This document shows positions 53,420 to 63,217 of a stretch of DNA of 64,000 nucleotides, in pieces (position 1 is the stretch's first letter; the number at the start of each line of letters is the position of its first letter). The translations under genes and the position numbers were made by a program. Origin of the DNA: an uncultured Christensenella sp. (GTDB lineage: Bacteria; Bacillota; Clostridia; Christensenellales; UBA3700); NCBI GenBank assembly GCA_910583735.1, contig CAJTXS010000005.1, positions 20,828 to 84,827 on the forward strand. The letters are read 5' to 3'. The notes under the pieces were generated by a model that searched no databases, was not told the DNA's origin, and saw only the letters and a list, made by a program, of their open reading frames with translations.

Positions 53420-54826
53420 ATGGAAAATATACACGAAGAATGCGGAGTTTTCGGCTATTATTCGGAAACGGAAAAGAGCGACATCGCTCGCAGCGTCTAT
53501 TACGGACTGTTCGCTCTGCAGCACAGAGGTCAGGAAGCGTGCGGAATTGCCGTAAATAAGGACAGAGTCACCTCTTGCAAGAAGGGTATGGGACTGGTCG
53601 GCGACTTCTTTAACGACAAGATGCTCGAAGAGATGCCCGGCAATATCGCAATAGGTCACGTGCGTTACTGCGACGCGGCTTGCAACAATATCGAGAACGC
53701 CCAGCCGCTCTTCGTAAAATACGTCAAGGGCACGCTCGCAATAGCTCACAACGGCAATATCTTCAACGCCGTAGCCCTGCGCAAGGAATTGGAGAATGAA
53801 GGCGCGCTGTTCCACTCCACGGGAGACTCGGAGATAATAGCTTACCTCATAGCGAGAGCAAGGCTCAACTGCCCTACCGTCGAGGACGCTGTTGCAAGCA
53901 TAATCCCCAGACTTCAAGGCTCTTTCTCGCTCGTAATTATGAGCCCTACCAAGCTCATCGCCGTGCGCGACCCCTTCGGCGTGCGTCCTCTGTGCATAGG
54001 CAGAGTGGGTAACGACTATGTATTCTCTTCCGAGACATGCGGACTCGACACCGTAGGCGCGACATTCGAAAGAGACGTACTGCCCGGCGAGATAGTCACG
54101 ATACATCACGGACAGCTCAAGAGCAATAAGCAATACTGCAAGAGCAAGTGCGAGAGCGCATCCTGCATATTCGAGCACATCTACACCGCACGCCCCGACA
54201 GCGTCATAGACGGACAGTCCGTCAACGAGTCGCGCATACTTGCGGGCAGACTGCTCGCCAAGCAGCACCCCGTAGACGCAGACATCGTAATCGGCGTGCC
54301 CGACAGCGGACTGAGCAGCGCAATAGGCTACGCTAAGGAAAGCGGCATACCTTACGGCACGGGACTTATCAAAAACAGATATATAGGACGCACCTTTATC
54401 CTGCCCTCGCAGGAGCAGAGAGAGCGCAGCGTCGCGCTTAAGCTCAATGCGCTGCGTCACAGCATAGACGGCAAGCGCGTAGTCATGGTGGACGACAGCA
54501 TAGTGCGCGGCACGACTATCGCCAACATCGTCAAGATGCTAAAGAACAACGGGGCTAAAGAAGTACACGTAAGAGTGTCCTCTCCCAAGTTCCTATATGC
54601 GTGTTACTTCGGCACCGACGTGCCCGACAGCAAGTATCTTGCATGCACCAAGTACACCGACGAAGAACTGTGCCGCAAGATAGACGCCGACACGCTCGGA
54701 TTCTTAGACGTTGAATCTCTGCCCGATATCGTGCCCGACAGCACGGTGGGCTTCTGCACGGGCTGCTTCACAGGCAAGTATCCTTGCCCCGTACCCACGA
54801 AGGAAGATAAAGTCACTTTCGAATAA
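53420..54826 (+). CDS. purF: Amidophosphoribosyltransferase
   Basis: MENIHEECGVFG (Ntn Cys), the PRPP motif VMVDDSIVRGTT, and C-terminal Cys residues for a 4Fe-4S cluster. Confidence 0.95.
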   Translation: MENIHEECGVFGYYSETEKSDIARSVYYGLFALQHRGQEACGIAVNKDRVTSCKKGMGLVGDFFNDKMLEEMPGNIAIGHVRYCDAACNNIENAQPLFVKYVKGTLAIAHNGNIFNAVALRKELENEGALFHSTGDSEIIAYLIARARLNCPTVEDAVASIIPRLQGSFSLVIMSPTKLIAVRDPFGVRPLCIGRVGNDYVFSSETCGLDTVGATFERDVLPGEIVTIHHGQLKSNKQYCKSKCESASCIFEHIYTARPDSVIDGQSVNESRILAGRLLAKQHPVDADIVIGVPDSGLSSAIGYAKESGIPYGTGLIKNRYIGRTFILPSQEQRERSVALKLNALRHSIDGKRVVMVDDSIVRGTTIANIVKMLKNNGAKEVHVRVSSPKFLYACYFGTDVPDSKYLACTKYTDEELCRKIDADTLGFLDVESLPDIVPDSTVGFCTGCFTGKYPCPVPTKEDKVTFE

Positions 54827-54899
54827 TTATAATGTCGCCCCGCGCGACTAAGCAATATGCGCACAAGACGGCGCTATCGCATTAAGACAATTGACAATG

Positions 54900-54933
54900 A
54901 GGGCTTGCAGATACGCAAGCCCTTAATTGTTTT
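54900..54933 (+). terminator. purF intrinsic terminator
   Basis: AGGGCTTGC-agatac-GCAAGCCCT followed by TAATTGTTTT. Confidence 0.7.
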
Positions 54934-55120
54934 AATTACATATTTAATTTATTTTGCCGCCGACAGCAGTCAATCGACAGTAATTAATTATAGCGCTGCC
55001 ATATCTGTTAAATAGCTATTACCGTACAGCGCCTGTCCCGCTCCGCCCGCAACAAGTACTTTAACAATGACATATGAATACCTGTTTAACGCTTAAATAA
55101 GTTAAATTGCGTGCGCCCTG

Positions 55121-55987
55121 TTACTTCCTCAAGTATGAGATTACAACCGACTCGGGACCGAGATGGGTACCGATAATGGGCGAGAGTATCTTGCGCCTCA
55201 CTACCGCGTCGGGATTGACTTTAATAATCGCGCTCTCCAGCAAATCCGCCATCTTGGAATTGTCAGCGTCGCATATATAAACGGGCGCATTACTATCTAT
55301 ATCGGCAATCTCTTCGTAAGTCTGCTTGATATTCTTGATTGCGAGACGCTCGCTGCCAACCTTATCGAAATTGATGAGCTTACCGTCGGGAGTCATGCGG
55401 ATAAGGGGCTTGATATTGAGCAACGTGCCGATTACCGCGGTCGCCGCGCCTATCCTGCCGCCGCGCTTCAAGTGCATGAGGTCGTCGACGAAGCACTCTG
55501 CGTGCAGCTTTTCTCTGTATGCGGCGACATCAGCTACGTTATCCTCTGCGCTCATACCGTTATCGCGGTTGCTTGCAAGTCGCTCTGCCATTATACCCAT
55601 CATACCCGTAGCGCCAAAAGAATCTATAGGCAGAAGGCGCGCCTCTGCGTATTTCCCGTTGAGATTTTCCGCCGCCGAGCAGCAAGACTGAAATGTGGAC
55701 GACAGTCCGCTCGAAAGGCACAGATATATAACCGTACGTCCCTGTTCGAGATAGGGAGTAAATAATTCCTCGTAAATGAACGGCGTGATTTGAGTAGTCT
55801 TAGCACTCTTGCCCTCGCGCAGTTCGTCATAAAATCCTTTTACGGCGTCGTCGGGCTCGTTGCCGACGTATTCGCGTATGTCGCCGCTTATCTCATATTG
55901 CATGGAAATGAAACGTATGTCATGCTCTTTTGCAAAAGTTGCGTCAAGGTCCGCCGACGCATCGGTAAAAATAAGATAATCTTGCAT
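55121..55987 (-). CDS. DegV-family fatty-acid-binding protein
   Basis: MQDYLIFTDASADL... and ...LSSGLSSTFQS are typical of DegV. The start ATG 55987 has AAGGAG upstream. Confidence 0.85.
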   Translation of the reverse strand: MQDYLIFTDASADLDATFAKEHDIRFISMQYEISGDIREYVGNEPDDAVKGFYDELREGKSAKTTQITPFIYEELFTPYLEQGRTVIYLCLSSGLSSTFQSCCSAAENLNGKYAEARLLPIDSFGATGMMGIMAERLASNRDNGMSAEDNVADVAAYREKLHAECFVDDLMHLKRGGRIGAATAVIGTLLNIKPLIRMTPDGKLINFDKVGSERLAIKNIKQTYEEIADIDSNAPVYICDADNSKMADLLESAIIKVNPDAVVRRKILSPIIGTHLGPESVVISYLRK

Positions 55988-56078
55988 TATATTCTCCTTG
56001 CCGCATCGCCGTCTTACAGGTGCGCGGCGCAGCGTCATAATAATTATATCCTCAATATCTGCTAATAAATGTAATTAA

Positions 56079-56546
56079 TTAAATTTGTTTGCACACGTCC
56101 ACCCAGCCGAGCGAACCCGAATGCAGCTCCAACTGCGGCACGGTAAGCTCTATCGCGCTCGACGAGCTGCCGCAAGCGGGATATACGGTATCGAAGCGCC
56201 GCAACGACGCGTCGAGATAGACCTTGACCCCGTCGTTGACTGCAAAAGGGCATACTCCGCCTACCGCATGCCCGATACACTCCTCCGCCTCGTCGTACGT
56301 AAGCATCTTGGCTTTAGTCTTAAACTGCGCTTTATATTTGGCGTTGTCTATCTTGACATCGCCCGCAGCAACTATCAGTACTACGTCGCCGTCCGCGCGG
56401 AACGATAACGTCTTGGCAATACGGCAAGGCTGACACCCGATAGCCGCTGCCGCCTCCGCGACGGTTGCGCTCGACACGTCGAATTGCATCACCTTATCGC
56501 CCATACCTACGGAATCGAAGTATTTCTTAACCCTATCGAAAGCCAT
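56079..56546 (-). CDS. YbaK/EbsC-family aminoacyl-tRNA deacylase
   Basis: 155 aa: ATVAEAAAAIGCQPCRIAKTLSF...GGVCPFA. Confidence 0.75.
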   Translation of the reverse strand: MAFDRVKKYFDSVGMGDKVMQFDVSSATVAEAAAAIGCQPCRIAKTLSFRADGDVVLIVAAGDVKIDNAKYKAQFKTKAKMLTYDEAEECIGHAVGGVCPFAVNDGVKVYLDASLRRFDTVYPACGSSSSAIELTVPQLELHSGSLGWVDVCKQI

Positions 56547-56549
56547 AGC

Positions 56550-56996
56550 TTAAGCGCAAAAGCGCGTCATTATCTCTTTGAACTTACTGCCTGCGCTCGT
56601 CTTTATATACAAATAGTAAGACACGCCGTCAATATCCACGAGAACATTGTAATACCAGCGCCTGAACATACCCTTCTTGACGCTGTAGCGTATGTTGTGT
56701 CCGCCTTCCGCAGCCTCTTTCACATCGCCCTCGAGCGTTATTGAGGAGAACGCGTCATTGCCGAGCGCGCAATATTGCGTCACTTCCGTGCTGCCCCACA
56801 TGAGAGCGAAATACTCGGCGATGTATGCGGGCGCGCCGTCACCGTCGCGGGCGATAAAGCACTTAAAGTCCGTCACGCCGTCGCTGTCTGTAAAAGGCAT
56901 TAGCCTGATAGCCGTGCGGCTTTCCACGTTATACTCGACGATAGAAGGGTAGTAACTCTCCTTAAACCTCTTGGTATTGAATAACTTATTTCCCAT
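56550..56996 (-). CDS. Hypothetical protein
   Basis: 148 aa with host-like codon usage. It overlaps the glnS 3' end by 11 nt. No recognisable motif. Confidence 0.5.
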   Translation of the reverse strand: MGNKLFNTKRFKESYYPSIVEYNVESRTAIRLMPFTDSDGVTDFKCFIARDGDGAPAYIAEYFALMWGSTEVTQYCALGNDAFSSITLEGDVKEAAEGGHNIRYSVKKGMFRRWYYNVLVDIDGVSYYLYIKTSAGSKFKEIMTRFCA

Positions 56997-58608
56997 AGCT
57001 GTCCTTAAGTCCCGTCACCATATTGAACTCATAGCGACCCTCGCCGTAAGAGCCTACCGCGCTGTAATAACCCATGCGGATAAACTGGAATCTGTCGTAC
57101 GGCTTAGCGAGTGCGAGCGAAGCCTCCGCCTTGGCGGAGTACACCTTCTTGCTGTCGGGGGTAAGTCGGTCGTTAAAGTCGCCGTCGCCGTCGAGCAAGA
57201 GATAGTCATACTCGTTGAGCGTCACGTCAATGCTGTCCTTGGCATTGACCCACTGAATGACGCCCTTAACCTTCATGCCCGCGTTGACGCCGCCGCTCTT
57301 GCTGTCTGGGATATACTCGCAGCTGACCTCGGTGACGTTGCCGTCCGCGTCGCACTCGTGCGAGACGTACTTGACAATGTAGGCGCCCTTAAGTCTTACC
57401 GTACCGCCCGGCACAAGTCTCTTGTACTTGGGCGGAGGGTCGGCGGCGAAATCGGAGCGGTCTATATACAGCTCCTTGCCGAAAGTTACCGAGCGGTAAG
57501 TCACCTCGTCGGCGTTGGGATTGTTCTCCACAAGGCACTCTTCGTCCGCTGCCGCGTTGACGATATTGAGTTTAATAGGGTCTTTTACGACCATTACCCT
57601 GTCCGCGCTCTTATTGAGGCTGTCTCTCACGAAATGCTCGAGCATGGCAACCTCTGTCTCGCCGTTGGACTTGGCGACGCCTGCCGCCGCGCAGAAAGCG
57701 CGTATTGCCTCGGGCGGATAGCCCCTCTCTCTCATGCCGCTGAGCGTAGGCATGCGAGGGTCGGACCAGCCGTCCACTCTGCCCTCGTCAACGAGCTTCT
57801 TGAGATAGCGCTTGGACATAATGGTGCGCTTGATATTGAGACGGGCGAACTCTATCTGTCTGGGTCCCGGAACGAATCCGCAATTGACCTTTACCCAATC
57901 GTACAGCGGTCTGTGGTCTTCGAACTCGAGCGTGCACAGCGAGTACGTAATGCCCTCGAATGCGTCCTCGAGCGGATGAGCAAAGTCGTACATGGGATAT
58001 ATGCACCACTTATCGCCCGTACGGTGATGCGTAGCGCGCAGTATGCGATATATGACTGGGTCCCTCATGTTGATATTGGGGCTGCTCATATCTATCTTGG
58101 CGCGCAGAGTCTTTTCTCCGTCGGCGAATTTCCCTTCGCGCATTTGCTTGAATAGCGTAAGGTTCTCCTCGACGCTCCTGTTACGGTAGGGGCTGTCCGT
58201 GCCGGGGGATGTGAGCGTGCCTCTGCTCTGCCTTATCTCCTCTGCGGAGTAGTCGCATACATAGGCAAGTCCCTTCTTAATAAGCGACACCGCGCAATCG
58301 TACATACGCTCGAAGTAATCGGACGCGTACAGCTCGGCGTCCCACTTGAATCCTAACCACTCTATATCGCGCTTGATGGAATTGACATACTCCACGTCCT
58401 CTTTGCTGGGATTGGTGTCGTCGTAGCGCAGGTTGCACCTTCCGCCGTACTTAGCCGCAATGCCGAAGTCGATGCAAATCGCCTTGGCATGACCGATATG
58501 CAGATATCCGTTGGGCTCGGGAGGGAAACGCGTCGCCACCTCGGTGACCGCGCCGCGCGCGAGCTCGTCGTCGATTATATCCTCAATAAAATTACCGCTG
58601 CCTTCCAT
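56986..58608 (-). CDS. glnS: Glutaminyl-tRNA synthetase
   Basis: TRFPPEPNGYLHIGHAKAICIDFG...CNLRYDDTNP closely matches GlnRS; KMSKS-type IMSKR is present. Confidence 0.9.
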   Translation of the reverse strand: MEGSGNFIEDIIDDELARGAVTEVATRFPPEPNGYLHIGHAKAICIDFGIAAKYGGRCNLRYDDTNPSKEDVEYVNSIKRDIEWLGFKWDAELYASDYFERMYDCAVSLIKKGLAYVCDYSAEEIRQSRGTLTSPGTDSPYRNRSVEENLTLFKQMREGKFADGEKTLRAKIDMSSPNINMRDPVIYRILRATHHRTGDKWCIYPMYDFAHPLEDAFEGITYSLCTLEFEDHRPLYDWVKVNCGFVPGPRQIEFARLNIKRTIMSKRYLKKLVDEGRVDGWSDPRMPTLSGMRERGYPPEAIRAFCAAAGVAKSNGETEVAMLEHFVRDSLNKSADRVMVVKDPIKLNIVNAAADEECLVENNPNADEVTYRSVTFGKELYIDRSDFAADPPPKYKRLVPGGTVRLKGAYIVKYVSHECDADGNVTEVSCEYIPDSKSGGVNAGMKVKGVIQWVNAKDSIDVTLNEYDYLLLDGDGDFNDRLTPDSKKVYSAKAEASLALAKPYDRFQFIRMGYYSAVGSYGEGRYEFNMVTGLKDSYGK

Positions 58609-58616
58609 ATCCTCTC

Positions 58617-60272
58617 CTAAAACAATCCTTTAATCTCGTAACTGTCGCTGTCTATAGTCATACCCATCGCCGCGGGTCGCTTGCCCAGCCCGGGCATAAG
58701 CATCATGCTGCCGCATACAGCCACCAAGAATCCCGCGCCCGAGCGTATCTCCACGTCCGACACCGTTATCTTAAAGCCCGTAGGTCTGCCCAGCTTAGTC
58801 TGGTCGTCGGAAAAAGAGTATTGCGTCTTGGCGATACATACGGGCAATTTACCCTTACCCTGCCTCTCGGCGGCGGCAATCGCGCTGCGCGCCTTGGGCG
58901 TATACTCCACGCCGTCCGCGCCGTAGACCTTGACGGCTACAGCCTCTATCTTTTCTTTAATCGACATGTCGTCGGTATAGGCGTAATTTACCTTGCCGCC
59001 CTTATCTACCGCGGCTATTACGCTGCGGGCCAGCTCTATGCTGCCCTCGCCGCCCTTAGCCCAGCACTCGCACACGGCGAAGTCCGCGCCTTGTTTAATG
59101 CACACGTCCTTGATATAATCTATCTCCGCGTCGGTGTCTGTAATGAACTTGTTGATAGCCACGACCACGCTCGCGCCGAATACGTCTCTCAGATTGCGGA
59201 TATGCCCCGTAAGATTGCATATACCCTTAGAAAGCGCGTCCAAATCCTCCCTATCGAGAGTGCTCTTGTCCGCGCCGCCGTTAAACTTAAGCGCGCGCAC
59301 CGTAGCGACCAAGACGATAGCCTTAGGGCTGATACCCGCCGCGCGGCACTTGATATCTATGAACTTCTCCGCGCCCAGATCCGCGCCGAAGCCCGCTTCC
59401 GTGACTACGTAATCGGCAAGCGACATAGCCGTGCGCGTAGCGATTATGCTGTTGCATCCGTGAGCGATATTGGCAAAGGGTCCGCCGTGAATGATTGCGG
59501 GCGTGCCCTCGAGCGTCTGCACGAGGTTGGGCTTAATCGCGTCCTTAAGCACGATTGCCACGGCGTCCGCAATGCAGAGCATGGCGCACGTAACGGCATT
59601 GCCGTCGTAGTCGTAAGCTACCGTGATATCGCCTATACGTCTCTTTAAGTCGTCCATATCGGCGGCAAGACACAGCACTGCCATTATCTCCGATGCGGCG
59701 GTGATGTTGAAGCCGTCCTGTCTGGGCACGCCGCCCGTAGGACCGCCCAGCCCTATAACGACATTGCGAAGCGCGCGGTCGTTCATATCGAGGCATCTCT
59801 TCCATACCGTCTTGACGGGGTCGATACGCAGCGCGTTGCCCTGATAGATGTGATTGTCGAGCATGGCGGCGATGAGATTGTTGGCGCAAGTGATGGCGTG
59901 CAGATCTCCCGTAAAGTGAAGATTGATATCTTCCATAGGCGCCACCTGCGCCCTGCCTCCGCCCGTGGCTCCGCCCTTGATACCGAACACGGGACCGAGA
60001 GAGGGCTCTCTCAACGCAAGGCATACGCTCTTGCCCAGCTTAGCCATACCGTCGGCAAGACCTATCGAAGTAGTCGTCTTGCCCTCGCCGAGCGAAGTGG
60101 GATTGATTGCTGTGACAAGTATCAACCTGTCCGTCTTGGGAGACGGGACAACGTCTATCTTTGCTTTATACTTGCCGTAGCACTCAATATCGTCCTCGGA
60201 TAAATTAAGCCTTGCCGCAACCTGAGTAATGGGCTGCAACTTAACGCTGCGCGCGATCTCGATATCTGTCAT
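58617..60272 (-). CDS. fhs: Formate--tetrahydrofolate ligase
   Basis: MTDIEIA..., with the P-loop PTSLGEGKTTTSIGL. The start ATG 60272 has GGGAGGGAG upstream. Confidence 0.95.
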   Translation of the reverse strand: MTDIEIARSVKLQPITQVAARLNLSEDDIECYGKYKAKIDVVPSPKTDRLILVTAINPTSLGEGKTTTSIGLADGMAKLGKSVCLALREPSLGPVFGIKGGATGGGRAQVAPMEDINLHFTGDLHAITCANNLIAAMLDNHIYQGNALRIDPVKTVWKRCLDMNDRALRNVVIGLGGPTGGVPRQDGFNITAASEIMAVLCLAADMDDLKRRIGDITVAYDYDGNAVTCAMLCIADAVAIVLKDAIKPNLVQTLEGTPAIIHGGPFANIAHGCNSIIATRTAMSLADYVVTEAGFGADLGAEKFIDIKCRAAGISPKAIVLVATVRALKFNGGADKSTLDREDLDALSKGICNLTGHIRNLRDVFGASVVVAINKFITDTDAEIDYIKDVCIKQGADFAVCECWAKGGEGSIELARSVIAAVDKGGKVNYAYTDDMSIKEKIEAVAVKVYGADGVEYTPKARSAIAAAERQGKGKLPVCIAKTQYSFSDDQTKLGRPTGFKITVSDVEIRSGAGFLVAVCGSMMLMPGLGKRPAAMGMTIDSDSYEIKGLF

Positions 60273-60655
60273 CTGCTCCCTCCCGTATGTCCGCAGCCCG
60301 ACGGAAAGACCACATCGTCGCAAGATGCGCGCATAGAGCCGTCGCCGTCGGATACGAAACCTAAATTAATATAATAATCGTCGTGATAGTCCACGACGAT
60401 ATCTTTGTTGTAAAACATGAATTTATATATCAGCGTTCGGGTAAAGAAATCTCCGTAACCCTTGCCCCTGTACTCGGGCAATATACCCACGGACTTGATA
60501 TGTATGCACTCCCCGACGCCGTAGAACGCCACCCCGCAATACACGCCGTCGCAAGATAAGACTGCGCCGCATAAATCGCGCGCCGAGCAATCGAATATAG
60601 CGCGGGACAGACCGTCAAGTAAACGCCTATCCTCGCTCCACTCTACCGTAAGCAT
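60269..60655 (-). CDS. Small GNAT-like acetyltransferase
   Basis: ILPEYRGKGYGDFF resembles GNAT motif A. The start is uncertain (60655 or 60691). Confidence 0.5.
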   Translation of the reverse strand: MLTVEWSEDRRLLDGLSRAIFDCSARDLCGAVLSCDGVYCGVAFYGVGECIHIKSVGILPEYRGKGYGDFFTRTLIYKFMFYNKDIVVDYHDDYYINLGFVSDGDGSMRASCDDVVFPSGCGHTGGSR

Positions 60656-60694
60656 ATTGCAATTATAATACGGGCGCGCGTGCTTAGTCAAGCG

Positions 60695-61117
60695 TTAGGA
60701 TTTGTATACGGACAAAGCGTATCTATCGAACAATACCGTGCGCTCCGCCTTTATTCCGTACCCTCCGCGCCGAGCGTCGCCGAGGCTCAAGCCCCTTCCC
60801 AAACACTTGACATACGCCTCGGTATCCGTCCATGAGTAAATGTCGCTAAAGCCGCGCGGCGGAAGCCTGTCCAGCCTCTCCGCGTCTATGCCTACTGGCG
60901 TATCGCTAAGCGCTATGGCGCACATATCTTCGGTATGCGTTATAGAAATATATAGGCTCAACCTATGCCCGTTCGCATCTACTGCGTAGGGCGCGCCGTT
61001 GCCGAAGTGCTCCACTCCGCCCCTACCGAGAGCCGCCGAGACGACCTTATCCCTGCCGCCCTCGCCCATACATGCGTACAGCTTAACGCCGCCGAGATTA
61101 AATTCTGTTGCGTCCAT
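60695..61117 (-). CDS. Minimal Sfp-type 4'-phosphopantetheinyl transferase-like protein
   Basis: GNGAPYAV...LYISITHTEDMCAIALSDTPVGIDAE and YSWTDTEAYVKCLGRGLS follow the PPTase pattern. The usual Lys of W..KE is Thr here. I chose ATG 61117 as the start; the ORF could extend to 61204. Confidence 0.45.
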   Translation of the reverse strand: MDATEFNLGGVKLYACMGEGGRDKVVSAALGRGGVEHFGNGAPYAVDANGHRLSLYISITHTEDMCAIALSDTPVGIDAERLDRLPPRGFSDIYSWTDTEAYVKCLGRGLSLGDARRGGYGIKAERTVLFDRYALSVYKS

Positions 61118-62603
61118 AGAGGGAATTGACGGAATTGAAGAAAGCCGTATCCACGCCGCCGAAATTCTCATACGTGGCGCGGTAACGCCAATTGTTGTCC
61201 GCAACTCCCGGGGTATTCATTCTGCAATCCGCGCCGAAGCCGCACATATCTTGGAAAGGCACTATCGCCAGCGTGCAGCAGCTCTCGAGCAGCTTCTTGA
61301 TGAAAGCCTTGGTAGACTTGCAGCCGTAGCCGCCGTTGCCCCAACCGAAAGCGTCGCAACCGATGTATCTTAGCACGTAGTCGAGAGTATCGGAATTAAG
61401 CCCCTGTAGCCAACCGAGCGTAGTATTGTTGTCGTGGGTAGCGGTATAGCCTATGCAATGTCTGTCGAAGTTGTGCGGCAGATGCGCGCTGTCCCCGTCC
61501 TCAAAGCCGAATTGCATAACCCTCATGCCCGGCAGACCGCTGTCTGCGAGCAGTTTACGCGTGGCGTCGTCTATTATGCCGAGGTCTTCCGCAATAAAGA
61601 GCGCGTCGGGCAGAGCCTTGGATACCGCCTTGAGGAAAGGCAGTCCCAGTCCCTCTTTCCACTCTCCCGTCTTGGCGGTGGGCGCGTCTACGGGCACAGA
61701 CCAATATCTGCTGAATGCGCGGAAGTGATCTATCCTGAGCACGTCATACCACTCGTATGCCCTCGTAAGACGGCTTATCCACCACTTATATCCCGTCTTG
61801 ACGTGGTAGTCTATGTCGTATAAGGGATTGCCCCACAGCTGCCCCTCCTCGCTGAAATAGTCGGGCGGAACTCCCGCCACAGCCGTGGGCGAAAGGCTGT
61901 CGTCCAGCTGATATAGCTCGGGCGCGCCCCATACGTCGCTGCTGTCGAGACTGACGTACATGGGCATATCGCCTATAATCTTGATGTCTCTGCTCTTAAG
62001 ATAGCGCTTGACATCGCCCCACTGTCCGTCGAATATGAATTGCTCGAATACATAGAAGGCGTATTCCTCGCTGCCCTTTACCTCGAGCATAGCCGCCTTG
62101 TCGCGGAGCTTATGTCTATCCTCCCACTGCCACCAAGGCAAACCGCCGTAGCGGTCCTTAAGCGTCATATACGCCGCATAATCGCCTATCCACGACTTGT
62201 GCTTCAGCTCGAATGCGGCTATCTCTTCCGCATGCTCGCCCGCTCTTAAGAAAGCCTTCTTGAGCAGCGCCCTCTTGGCGCCGCGCGCAAAGGCGTAATC
62301 GGTCACATAAGGCTCGCCGCGGTATATGCACTCTTCCGCATCTCGCCTGTCTACATATCCGTCCTCGACCAATCTGTCGGGATCGATATACAGATAGTTG
62401 CCCGCAAAAGCCGACTGCCCCGAATAAGGCGAGTCGCCAAGCCCTATCGTACTGAGCGGCAAAATCTGCCAGTAATGAAAGCCGCCGCGCAGAAGAAAAT
62501 CGCATAGCTCGTTAATCTCTCTGCCGAATCCGCCTATGCCGTATGCCGACGGCAGGGAAGATACGTTGAGCAGCACTCCCGCCGACCTGTTAATCTTATT
62601 CAT
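61098..62603 (-). CDS. malQ: 4-alpha-glucanotransferase (GH77 amylomaltase)
   Basis: Motifs LRIDHFRAF, FIAEDLG and TATHDNNT. Confidence 0.9.
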   Translation of the reverse strand: MNKINRSAGVLLNVSSLPSAYGIGGFGREINELCDFLLRGGFHYWQILPLSTIGLGDSPYSGQSAFAGNYLYIDPDRLVEDGYVDRRDAEECIYRGEPYVTDYAFARGAKRALLKKAFLRAGEHAEEIAAFELKHKSWIGDYAAYMTLKDRYGGLPWWQWEDRHKLRDKAAMLEVKGSEEYAFYVFEQFIFDGQWGDVKRYLKSRDIKIIGDMPMYVSLDSSDVWGAPELYQLDDSLSPTAVAGVPPDYFSEEGQLWGNPLYDIDYHVKTGYKWWISRLTRAYEWYDVLRIDHFRAFSRYWSVPVDAPTAKTGEWKEGLGLPFLKAVSKALPDALFIAEDLGIIDDATRKLLADSGLPGMRVMQFGFEDGDSAHLPHNFDRHCIGYTATHDNNTTLGWLQGLNSDTLDYVLRYIGCDAFGWGNGGYGCKSTKAFIKKLLESCCTLAIVPFQDMCGFGADCRMNTPGVADNNWRYRATYENFGGVDTAFFNSVNSLYGRNRI

Positions 62604-62667
62604 AATCCCTTAACCCCCGAGCGCATAATGTCGATATTGCTTACGCGCCGTTTCTCAAATAATCTTA

Positions 62668-62898
62668 TTAATACGCCTTGAGATACTCGTACACGTCGCC
62701 CACGGTCTTGAAAGCGAGCGCCTTGTCGTCGTCTATCTCCACGCCGAAGTCTTCCTCGAGCTGCATAAGCATGCTCACCTTGTCGAGCGAATCCGCCTTA
62801 AGATCTTCGTTGAGACGAGTGCTCTCGGTAATCGCAATATCGGGAGAATTCATTACATCCTCTATGATAGCGATAAGTTTACTCATTTCTACTTCCAT
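62668..62898 (-). CDS. Acyl carrier protein (orphan)
   Basis: 76 aa with the DSL phosphopantetheine site in LKADSLDKVSMLMQLEEDFG. AGGAG lies upstream of ATG 62898. Confidence 0.8.
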   Translation of the reverse strand: MEVEMSKLIAIIEDVMNSPDIAITESTRLNEDLKADSLDKVSMLMQLEEDFGVEIDDDKALAFKTVGDVYEYLKAY

Positions 62899-63217
62899 AA
62901 TTAAGCTCCTGCTATATTATTGTTAATCAATAAGATTATAACAAAGTTAGTCTCCGTTGTAAAGAGCGAACTATATCATGCTATGTGATATGTAATTGAG
63001 CAGATAATATGGTATTTATACGTTATTTCAGTGCTTATAGAAAAATATAGGCTATAAAATACAGCTTAATCCTAAGCCATAGACTATTAATATGATAATG
63101 CTATAATATGCTCCGCACTCATAGCCGCCGTGTATATATACTGCTAAGTTAGTTAAATAAAATGAAATCGGCGCCGCCATAAAGACGACACCGACCTCTG
63201 GGAGTAAATATATATAT

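Noticed and set aside
53396-54460. 354-aa minus-strand ORF overlapping purF
   Set aside because: It is a codon-aligned antisense shadow of purF, which has unambiguous motifs, a consensus promoter and an SD.
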